Position numbers and translations under genes: made by a program. The notes beneath the pieces were generated by a model, which searched no databases, was not told the DNA's origin, and saw nothing but the letters and a program-made list of their open reading frames with translations. DNA of 64,000 nucleotides. Origin: Trichosphaerium sp. ATCC 40318 (Eukaryota > Protista > Tubulinea). Positions 47,296 through 58,625 of the stretch are shown piece by piece. The stretch covers positions 62,001 through 126,000 of the forward strand of contig JALMLS010000344.1 in assembly GCA_038496445.1 (NCBI GenBank), written 5' to 3'. The stretch's first letter is position 1. Each line of letters opens with the position of its first letter.

Positions 47296-49808
47296 ATGTC
47301 TACAAAATCAAAGTTTTGGAAGAAGCGCCGGCGTGACCTAACAGAACTAATTATGAACAGCGACGGCTCTGACCTGAAGGATATAGAGTCGTTTATTAAA
47401 CGTAAGAAGGATGCTGTTTCAAAACCCAACGAAAATGGCATTTACCCTATACACGCTGCGTGTGGACACAGATCGGCCAGGGAGCTTATAGATTTGATAA
47501 TGGCAAACGGTGGAGATATTAATGTTCTAGACGCAAACCAAAAGACTATTCTGCATCACGCCGCTAAAGCAAAGAACGGAGGACTGTTTCACACTCTTAT
47601 GGTAGACGATCGAGTTTCAAGTACGCAACGGACCCTTTTCTAGTTATTCCTTACTCTGTAAACGCGTGTGGTATCATTAACGCCCAAATTATTGTAGTCG
47701 TTGACAAACTCGACAAAGACCGCAATTCTGTAGTACACATGCTTTGTATTCATTTCAGCGACACACTTTTTTCAACCACTCTTGACAGTTCGCTTAAAGT
47801 ACGTACCAACTAAGAAATACTCAACTAATCGGCTTAAAACAAGAGTGGTGCTGATCTAAACGGACAAAACTCTCACGGAGACACTCCTTTACATCTTGCT
47901 TGTCGTAAAGATCACCATCGTATTGTTTCTATGCTACTAGACAAAGGAGCAGAAGTGAATATCACAAATGGTACCCACCTCACTTTTCACACTTTTCAAC
48001 TGTTTTTACAAAAGCCGTTTACAAGTCATGTAGAAAACGGTGAAACACCACTTCATGATGCCGCAAAATCTGGCGGAGAGTATGCAGATACAATTATTCA
48101 GCTACTGATTAAGCATAACGCAGACAAGACTATAGAAGGTAGGATTTTGGTGGTTTTATTTAAATATATCTATGGTTTTATTTTATACTGACATTACTTA
48201 AAGGTGTTAATGGTACACCTGTGCAAGTTGTAAAAAATAAAAACGACAATGTTAAAGAGTTACTTATGCCTCCACAGAAGGTAAAACCAAAGGTAAGATG
48301 ATATATCATGACTCTTTTTTCTTCTTTGAGTGAAGTCAAGTTCTGATCTCATTTTTTTTGATAGAAAGATAAATCGAGTGATAAGATTGTTACGTCCACA
48401 CAGACTCTCTCAGAGCGTCGAAAAGCAATACCATTTCTATGGGAAATAGACTTTAAAGAAATAGATTTTAAAGAGAAGCTTGGTGCAGGAACGTTTGCAA
48501 CAGTTTATCGGGTACACTTTTGTGAAATATGTTTTTTCACTTTTTTTTTTTTCATTTTTCACAAACATCAAGCCCTCCCCATATCAACTTTTTTAATAAT
48601 GTTCTTATATTTGCAATTATATATATTTAATTAAGAGCTAGGCACATTGGAGGGGTGTTGAAGTCGCTGTAAAGAAACTTAAGAAGCAATCAGTCACAGA
48701 TGTCGAATTCGAGGATTTCTTGAATGAAGTTACAATAATGACTAAACTACGGCATCAAAACGTCCTGCTCATTCTTGGAGCATGTCTAGAACCTCCAAAC
48801 CTATGTTATATAGTTGAGTATATAGCTAAAGGAAACCTCCACGACGTTTTAATACGTGAGAAAGAGATGCCTTTCACAAAGCGCCTGAAGCTTGGTATTG
48901 AGATATCTCGTGGTCTTCTTTATTTACATAGACATGAACCACCAGTTCTTCATCGTGATTTAAAGAGCTATAATATTCTGGTTGATGACTACTATCATTG
49001 TAAACTATCAGATTTTGGAATATCTAGGGAGTATGTTGGTGGAGAAGGTTAGTTGCGACTTTTTGGGTTTTTTTTGATTTTTTTTTGATGATCTACAAAA
49101 CGCTTAGCAAGTACTAATCGTTTCTTAATCGTTTTTCACAGGTAAAGGTAAAGCACCTACTGCGATTGGAGCATTAAATTGGCTTGCACCAGAGCTTTTA
49201 GAAGGAGATCCTTTCACAGAAAAATGCGATATTTACTCATTTGGTATGGTGCTATATGAACTCGTAACAGGTAAAAAGAAGCACTATCGCATGTTTTAAT
49301 TGGTTGTACTTACATTCCGTGTATTTATATACCTGTAGGCCGTATTCCATACGAGGACTTGGACAGCTTATCCGTAATACGCGCAATCGATACAAATACT
49401 CAACCTGGATTACCAGCTGGTATTGATCCAATGTATAGACAAGTTGTAGCTCAGTGTTTGTACGTCTTTTTCTTTTATTAGCGTGAATGACGTTACATTG
49501 GCTACAATGCGCTTATTTGAGCTCAAAAAACCCAAACCTGTCAGCGGTGTTTGTCTCCCTTCGCACGAAAAGCGTCTTATTCGAAAAACCGAAGCAAACT
49601 TCTTTGGTTTTTGTATGCTCTACACTCCCAAAAAGGCGTTTCGTAAGAGCTTTTTTGGACGGTTTTCCTACCCTTCTCTCTTTACTAATGGACTTCTTGT
49701 AGACATAAACAACCTAGACAAAGACCACCTATGGAGATTATTTATAAACGGTTAAGGGATATTGATCTGAAAAATACGAGAAAAATTAGTGGACCAATTG
49801 TGACGTGA
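47296..49808 (+). CDS. Ankyrin-repeat TKL-family protein kinase
   Basis: ANK: NGIYPIHAAC, KTILHHAAK, HGDTPLHLAC, NGETPLHDAA. Kinase: LGAGTFATVY, VAVKKL, HRDLKSYNIL, SDFGISR, NWLAPE, KCDIYSFG. Confidence 0.92.
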
Positions 49809-50242
49809 TAGTTTTCGCTTTTTTCTTTTGTAGATTTTTGAGTTAAAGCAGAAAAAAAAATGAGCTTACCATAAATCGATACTATTGTACAATCTTGTAT
49901 TATTACGCTCGCCAAGGCTGAATTAAAAAAAGAAACACGTGTCGAACTATTTACGACATACAAAAAAAAAAATCTATCGGATTTATTTTTTAGCGAGATT
50001 GTAAATAACTCGCTTCAGCATTAATTTTATAGATTTCTTTTTTCTTGTGTTCACGTAGGAAATTATTTTCCGTAGTGTATGTGGTTTATTTTATCTATTG
50101 GTGTACATAAGGTCATGTCATTGATAATTCTATTTCTCCGGTTTTTTGGGTTTTGGGCTTCAAACCCTGGTTTTCACAAAATTTTGTTCGGGCGAATGCC
50201 TCGGCAACTTGTTGAAGAAGTCAATATTTTTGTATAGACCAT

Positions 50243-50902
50243 ATGACAGAAAACCATTATGTAGAAGCGTTGGATATGAAAAAACAGCATAAACAAGATT
50301 TTTTAGATGCCAAAGCGTCAATGTATGATTGTATGGAGAGGCTTCAAGAAACGTATAGTCAACATTTTATTGGTGATGAGAAACGAAAGAAGAGTGGTAA
50401 AGCTATATTTACAGTTAAAGAATATGAATGTCTTCAAAATATTTTAAGAGTCAAAGAACACTCGGATAAAAAAAAGCTTATATCTGAAGCAAGGGACGTA
50501 GCTAAAGGTAAGAAACCTAACGATGATTTTTATGTGGTTCATCCTTCAGCAACGAAACAACAATCAAAGAAACCAACTGATGATGATTATTTTATTCTAC
50601 CAACAGCAACAAGCACTTCAATAGAAGATAGTGATAAGGAACAAGCAGAGGATAGCCTTTTAGAAACAAGCGTACCTGTAACAGATAATATAGACCGTAA
50701 TTTTCCAACTTCTATACATACAATGATAGCACCAGTGAGTAATTGGACCTTGAATGATATGGAGGTACAAGAAGGAGAAAATTCAATACAGCTGTTTTTT
50801 TCAAGTATGGATACGCCGCTGAACAGCCCAGTTATAGACAGTGATAGGGATGAAGCTTTTGTAGTAGAAGAAGGTTCATGCTATAACGAGTGTAGTAAAT
50901 AA
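50243..50902 (+). CDS. Hypothetical protein, intronless, acidic low-complexity C-terminal half
   Basis: 219-aa ATG-initiated ORF in AT-rich DNA with a short internal duplication KKPNDDFYVVHP / KKPTDDDYFILP. Confidence 0.55.
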   Translation: MTENHYVEALDMKKQHKQDFLDAKASMYDCMERLQETYSQHFIGDEKRKKSGKAIFTVKEYECLQNILRVKEHSDKKKLISEARDVAKGKKPNDDFYVVHPSATKQQSKKPTDDDYFILPTATSTSIEDSDKEQAEDSLLETSVPVTDNIDRNFPTSIHTMIAPVSNWTLNDMEVQEGENSIQLFFSSMDTPLNSPVIDSDRDEAFVVEEGSCYNECSK

Positions 50903-52258
50903 ATAACCTACGCAACACTTTTGGTTCGAACAATGTCCTTGTCAATGACATGTCATATTTTTATTTTTGGTTGCCCGGAAATCGTTCCCCGTCGCTGTTA
51001 GAGTACCAAAGGCTATACTGGAGTCAAATTTTCGTGATTTAAGCTATCAGAAAAACAGTGGCCCGATAGGTCGCTCAGGACTAAACGTACTTAGGTGTAC
51101 AAACAAATTGTCATGCTTTAGAGTTTGTCATTGGCTTTTTTGTGAAACATGAATGAAAGTGCACGTATATTAGTTCTTCCATGGTGACATGTCAAAGAGC
51201 AGGTGCGAGAATAGTTGGTATTCGTAAAAAAAAAAGAACGTCGTGGGCAACATTTGTTTGTTCAATATCTTTTTTTTTCATCAAGTAAACTATTCCGAGA
51301 AGACAATACATGCACGTGTTGTACATGGATACTACCCACTGTAAACTTGCAGTTTAATAAGACAATTCTCAATTTTTCCATTGGTATTGCTTGTCAGCGT
51401 AGATGCGCCAGTAGTACCAGTAACGCGGAGCGTTGTCCATCCTTGCCGGTTTTACCCAAAGCCAAATTTTGTTTTATAAATATTAGCAACTCGTGGTGTA
51501 GCGCATTCTTCCACCAACAAAGACGCCTTCAGGAACTTTAGCTACTTTATTCAATTAGATAGTTCTGTTTGCTTGGTCAAGTCATCTGCCGATTTAGACA
51601 CAAAGTCCAAAGGATCGTGTCAGTACATCCATCCACCTTGGCAAGTTGTCGCAAGCACACTTCCATATTTTCACTTATAATCATCACTTGGGCGTTTTAG
51701 CCACCTTAGATTACAGGCATGTCTAATAATATTACGTTATAACATTGTCCGTGATTTTAAGGTCATTGACGTTTCAATATAGCGTACCAAAAAACCCTTC
51801 ACTCATACTCAAACTTGCTTAGGCTTGTTCTTAAACCAAAGGCACTCCTGGAAGAAATTGCCTACCAAATGATGTACAGAAACAATAGGCGTTCGCCAGG
51901 TTATTAATGCACATTTAATATCTGACAGTTCCTGTGAGATTAGGTGACGTCCTAGCTAGAGGGATGATAGTTCGTTTTTAAAACCGGCTACGCACTCTAA
52001 CCTCTTGCACCTTCGCGATTGATAAAATACTAACAATAAAACTTGACAATCTAGTGTTAAAGTATTCCTAGCGGCGGGCATCTTGTCATGCCACAGCAGA
52101 GCTGTGCCAAATTTACAAAAAAGAAAACTTGACAATCTGTTTTTTTGGCACGTGCCTTGGCCTTGCTTAAACGTTTAAGCTGTTCACAAAGTTATCCTGA
52201 AACATACAACCAAGCACTTCGTGTCACTTAAAATAACGTAGCTACAATTCAGTATTGG

Positions 52259-53246
52259 ATGGAGCAAATTAAAAACGAAACTACAAATAGGTACAGATAT
52301 AATTTAAAAAAAGATTTAATATGCAAAAAGACAAGTAATTCATAAGGTTTGCATTACAGAATACAGTTTTTGAAGACTCGTGGCTTTAATTTCGCGAAAA
52401 GTAGTGCAAACCCATGGGACCTTGCTACTCAAAATATTGTATTTTGATCATTTGTAACATAATCTTAGTAACGGATCAAACCTCCTAAACTTACCGAATG
52501 AGATTCTGGTACATATTTTACTTCAAGTACAGACTTCTAGGTTTTCAGCAGCTCAAAGTTGTTCTACGTTTGCATCACTCATTCACAAGGTTGCCGGATA
52601 CTGTAAGGTCAGAGTGTCAAACTATGAATCGGCCATAGCGATCAGTAGACATCCAGGAATACTCAAGCACTCTCGCGTCTTTGTTTATAAAGCCAATGAC
52701 AAGATTATAAAAGCACTATCTGGCGTTCATACAATTAATCTCAGCAACACATCAGTGTCTGATAAGTGTATCAAAGCGTTGGCAGGAGTTCATACCATTA
52801 ATCTAGGCTATACTCCTATTACCGATGAAGGTATTAAACACTTGGCTGGCGTTCATACTATTCATCTCAACGGCACTACAGTATCCAGTGAAGGCGTAAA
52901 ATTTCTGGCAGGTGTACATACAATTCATCTCCATGGTACTTTAGTAACTGATGAAGGCATCAAAGCATTGGCAGGCGTACACACCATTGGGCTCAATCGT
53001 ACCTCGGTTACTGATGAAGGTATCAAAGCCCTTACTGGCGTTCATGCCATATACCTCGAAGAAACGGCAGTTACAGATGAAGGAATCAAATCGTTGGCAG
53101 GTGTTCACACCATAAGTCTTCGTAACACTTGTGTTACTGACGAAGGAATCAAAGCACTTGTAGGTGCTTATGCCGTTTTTATTGCATACACTTCTGTAAC
53201 TGCTGGAGGTGTTAAAGCACTAAAAGGCACAAAATTTTTTGGATAA
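52259..53246 (+). CDS. F-box + 22-aa leucine-rich repeat protein
   Basis: In frame upstream of ORF 52614 lies the F-box NLLNLPNEILVHILLQ..AAQSCSTFASLI. About eight VTDEGIKALAGVHTIxLxxT repeats follow. The first exon is probably 52259-52290 (alternative ATG 52321), spliced to the AG at about 52468. Confidence 0.78.
52695..53225 (+). repeat. 66-nt coding tandem repeat (LRR)
   Basis: GATGAAGGNATCAAAGC..TGGCAGGNGTTCATAC-like units recur with a 66-nt period. Confidence 0.88.
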
Positions 53247-53616
53247 GACATGAAGAACTTTTTCTTTGCTTCGTACTCCAGTGTTATGTACAAAATGCGA
53301 CATAGCAGCATTGCGCAGGAATTTGGGTGGCTATAATTAGGGTGTTTTATGATAGACTTAGCCAGAACCTTTAGTATTACGTTACCAAAAGTGTCCTTCC
53401 ATCCAATAAATACGTGCAAAGTCTGTAGCAATAAATATCATTCCCTAGTGCTCTAATGTGACCCAGCTATTTTTATCTCACAAACAATGCTACGTGATGA
53501 AGTGGTATCTATCAGTTAAAATGTTTAAGAGCTGTGGGAATGATACAGTAAGTAGCTTTGTTTTTATTTTACGGTTTAGTACAAAAAAAGATGCTTTTTT
53601 TTTGGGCACTTAGTGA

Positions 53617-56600
53617 CTACGAAACTTGCAATAAGTCACAGACTTGCTCAAAATCAGGTCTATCGTCTACATCAATTTCAAAACAGTGTTCCATTACAAC
53701 AGCAATACCATCTGGTGTACCTTCTGGTACACCTGGGTTTATCTTTTCTGTCATTATCTTATAACCAACCTCAAGTTGATTTGCATCAGCGAAAGGTGCA
53801 TCACGTGCAAAAATCTCATGCCTACAAGTCAAATTTAGTATAAAATATCCAAAACATTAGAAGTATGCATAAGTTTCAACTAAAGACTACAAACAGCATT
53901 TGAGTTACCAATACTGAATGTGAATTGGTTACATCAATGTATTTTTGAGCAAAACGGAAAAGTGGTATTTTGATTGAAAAAGAGTGATTTCAGATTGAAA
54001 TAGGTTGAGTTAAATTTAAAGGGATCGATTGAAATACGGAGTAAATAAAAGGAATGTTGTGATTTTGTTTTTGATAATATGGACGAAGAAGAAAAAGACT
54101 TACAATGTCACTCCAAATGCCCAAACATCTGACTTTGTGCTGTATTGTCTTGTTTGTAGTGCTTCAGGTGGCATCCATCTAATAGGCACACCATTATCTG
54201 CACTTGTAGCTCCTTTCATCGAATACTTATCTACTATTCTAGCCAATCCAAAATCAGCAACTTTAGCTACTTGTTTTTTATCAAGAAGTATATTCCTGCT
54301 CGCCAAGTCACGATGCTTCTTCAGTATTAGTACTCACAGCAAAATAATAAGAAAAAAAAAAGATTGGAAACTTACTATTATATTATTTAAGTGTAGATGT
54401 CTCATGCCTCGTGCAATATCTCTGTAGTTAAAAATTAACAAATATAGCCGTAGTCACGTGATTCTTAAAAAGTATAGATGTACAGATTTAACACAAGGTA
54501 AAAAGTAGCTGTGGAAAAAAACTCGTACTTGATCCATCTGACTGCTATTGCTGGGTCAATTTCATCAGATCCGTAGACTATTGTCTCTAGTGATCCTCCT
54601 TCCATAAAATGCATCACAATAGAGTGATTAGGAAGAACGACACCAATCAGACCGAGAATATTCCTGTGTGGTGGCAGCTTCATCATAACACCAACTTCAT
54701 CCTGAATTAAGAAATTGTAAATACTGAAGTAAATCTGGAAAACAAGCTTGTTGCATAATCTCACAAAGTCAAAAGAAGCTTAAATTTGGCCACTCCTGTG
54801 TATGCTTTGCAAAGAAACTATTTCTGCGAAGAAAAACAACAAACGTACCATGAAATTAGCATTAAATTCCGCACTACTGACATTAGGTCTTTTTATAGCT
54901 ACCTTCTTTCCTTTCCACATACCTAAAATATACACGGTTATACTCTATACTATGTAGGTTATTTCAAATACACTTACCAACTTCTACAACACCAGAAGAA
55001 CCTTTTCCAAGTTCACCCTGAATTTGTATATCATCGGCTTGTATTATCACATAACCTTTGTAAGGTGTACTGTTTTCTCTCATTGTGTTTGGAAATAAAG
55101 AGTATGAACTCTCCTTTGTAATAGCTGTATACACAAAAACAGTAAGCAACAGTGAGGTATGTCAAAAGTTGTAAAAAAAATACATACGCTTAAGTTCAAC
55201 ACTGCTATCTTCGTCTTCTACTGAAGAAATGTTTAAAGACTTATCCTTAACACAAACACATCTGCAGAAATAAAATACAACAGCAAGCAGTATCACGAGT
55301 ACTATCATGCCCACAGCACCAATTGCTATACCAGCTATTATTGACGCACTAAGAGAAGTTGATGAACTTCCATCAGAATAAGGTAGTTGATCGAGACCAA
55401 AAGCAAATTCAAGCTGTTAAAATCCAAAAGTTAGTGTATGACTAGGCAAGTAGAACGTTGTACAGGCGTATCATTCACATCAATAGCAAAAGTAAAATCA
55501 GCACCACCTTGTATTGTCTTTGGAGTGATAGTTACATTAAAATAGAAGCCCTTTAAGAATGGTCAACAAATACAAATCACAAAAAAAAAAAAATATCAAG
55601 TGTTAAACTCTTAGTGGTTACTATCTACACGTACACCTAGATCTTCTCTACCATTCGCTGAAAAAAATGTTCCGCGCCAAGTACCAGTAACAGGTACCCT
55701 ACAATATTTAGTCAACGGAGTCTGTCATTGAAAGAAAACGCGAAAAAAAACCAATGTACTTTGGTATTAGAAAACGTAAATTTCCAGCTTTCGGTCTCAA
55801 TAGAACTGAAACAATAGCCCCTTCCTAACGTAGTTTAGCATTTTGGATACAGTCTTTGTTGTATTTATTTGTCTTACTGTAATAGGGAAGTGATCAATGT
55901 CGTGCAAAGCGCAACCATTTGGAACTGTGAACGAGCAAAAGAAAATATCAAAGCTATCTACACTCGCTAATCATACGGTTAATGAGTTACATAGATTTTC
56001 TTATTCCCAATACGTACGTTCATGTGTTACACCACAAGCATTAACCTAGTTCAACATAAGCTTAGAAAAAAAACAACAACAAAAGGACTAAAAAAGTGGA
56101 AACAAAAAAAACTCGTTGAAGTTTATGTACTTGAAAGCGAGGCAAAATAAACCCTAAGACATATCCATCATTTGGTATTGTAACACCAGCAGTTAATATC
56201 CATCTCTGAAAGGGACCTATGAAAAAGAACAAGAGAGTTAGGAGTGAGTTTATAAGGCATGAAAACGTTGGGGAAGAAAAAAAAAAAAGACACGTGCTTC
56301 TGATTGCTGCAGTAAAGTATACTAAGCTACTTTCTGATGCTGATTGATAATCTGGTGAAGGACTAATTTGAGATTCAGCAATGAATATTGCATCTTCATT
56401 GGGAAATATCCAATCATCACTTATTTCAAGTATTTGTTGAACGCCTGTTCTTGTTTTACTGTCAAGGTCTGTATCAATAGAAGCAATAACAATTCCGCTT
56501 CCTTTTGAAAGAGTCAAGTTCATAACGTTATTCAAGTCTCCTTTATAGACACCAATCATCGTTGCCTTTGTTTTACCAGGTGATAATGTGTTTTGTACTC

Positions 56601-58313
56601 CATCAACAAACCACACATTCTATACATTCGCGTTAGAGTGAGTAACAATAAGATAATACTTACAGGTGGGTCATTTTGTACTAGGCATTTTTCGTTTTGA
56701 TTCCATAGATTATGCGTATTGTTGTTGCTAGTTACTACCTTTTGTAATACTGGAAGTCCTGTGGCTACACTATGGGATATCTTTTGATACATCAAGTCGG
56801 ATACATCTCCATTTTGCATTGGAACAATAGCCTCTGGAATACAAGTAAGAATGGATATAGCGTTGTTACTTGTTTCTACTGCAACGTACGGCGTCTACCA
56901 AGGACGTTTTCTCTTACTATTTCGGTGACAGAAATACGACCAACTAGAAACAGGTGCTCAACACGTGTGATATAATAATGTGGTCCCTAGCTCGAAAAAT
57001 TAGTTGCCGAAAAGCCAAAAAAAAAAAAGAACATACAGTAGTTTGTTCAGGTAGTACTACTGACTCTTGAACAGGGTCACTTCCTGAATTTGCAGTGAAA
57101 GTGGTAAGACTCTAGGCAAGTAAAATTAGGCTTTTGGTACTTTAGGGAGGTATTATACATACAATGTTGCCTGTGATATTACTATTAAATCCATAATAGA
57201 ATGAAAAAGTTGTTGCTGACACAACTTTGTTTGCTGCAAGTGATCCAAAAGAAACATTCTGTAATATGTATGTAACAAACCACCTTTGTACATTTAAATC
57301 ATAACTAAGGGTGTATAGAAAGTCTGTAGCGACAGAAAAGTTTCCAAAAGTCTTTCCTAATTTTTTTTCAGCGTTGACAATCAAAAGACCTTGTGGCATT
57401 GGTACCTCCTACAACAAGTGGTCTCACTGTCCTTGAACTTATTACAGTCTTCGCTCCAGTCGATACCATCTTCATAGAGAACGTTGGAAACGAAGAGTCA
57501 GTTCCAAGCGAAATAATGTTCTGCATCGCAGTGACTACATTACTTTCTCCAGTTAAGCTCCATATGCTCATTGTGCTAAAATAGAAGAAAAACTGAGATG
57601 TCCCATTAGTTTCGGATGTAATCTGTGAGATATTGCTGTTCTGTATTCTCGTAGGTTCAATGATAGCAATGAGACAGCTACCTTGAGCTTCTCCGCCAAG
57701 CAGAAACTCTGGTACAGGTGAAGTATTGAATAGAGTGGCATTCTCTGTACTGACATTTGAAACTGCTGTAGATGCTATAAAAGCGCAATTGGAACCTGCT
57801 AGCTGAGGTATAGCAAGTACAAGTACGAAAGGAGTTGGTTTGACCGTTAATCTTTTCCAGTTGACTGATCCTTCGTGTTTATCGAAACGTGCGAATCCGA
57901 CGCGCTCATTCGACGCGTTAAACGAAGGAGCTAAGTTAGACGCGAGAGGAAAGTCATTTATGATTGAAGTGTTGCTAAACGCTGAGAGAGCAAAGTGACC
58001 TGTCACTAGAGATAGGTTGTTAGTATACTATTGTTAAACGGAAGCAAGTTTAAACGATAAAGAAAATTTTGCTAATAAAAGTATAAACGGTTGTATTAAT
58101 AGTACCAAGGATGTTGTTTTGTGGCGTATTTAACGTCGTATCCAAAGAAACAGTTGTACTAGTCGGAATAGCCTCATTAAATACGATTAACTGCCCTAGA
58201 AGGAGTCAAATACACTAAAGGAAGCAATTGGAATGAATAGTAACGTTACCTTGTGTAATAGACGAATAAAGCGCTAACAAACAAAATATAGTTAACGCTT
58301 TTAAGCGCTGCAT
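53617..58313 (-). CDS. Receptor-type kinase with tyrosine-kinase signature: signal peptide, large extracellular region, TM, kinase
   Basis: Signal-like [21 protein letters not shown]; [27 protein letters not shown]; kinase [58 protein letters not shown]. Confidence 0.88.
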
Positions 58314-58625
58314 GTGGTGAAGTGTGGGCGGTGTTATAATCTTACTAAAAAAGGAATACATTTGAAAATGTTTTTCTTGTTTTTTCAATTATTACTTTTT
58401 TCAACCCAAGTTTTAACTTCACAATAACCTAGTACTAAGGACTATAGTGCGTAACTAGGAACACAGCGTTGCTTCGATATAAAAGAACTAAATGGGAAAA
58501 AGAAAGAAAGAAAATCGATTTAAGTTCTCATTTAGAAGTACACTGTTTTTTAGTTTTTATTGTTTCAAGAGCACGTCAAGTAAGCACTGAACACGTATCT
58601 TATAAGATAACACCTCACATCTCTT

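Noticed and set aside
50950-52200. Coding-like stretch that might be a transposon or viral remnant
   Set aside because: No terminal repeats, transposase/RT motifs or long ORF were found.
52695-53225. Regular 66-nt repeats resembling a CRISPR array
   Set aside because: The units are in-frame LRR codons with synonymous variation, with no unique spacers and no cas genes.
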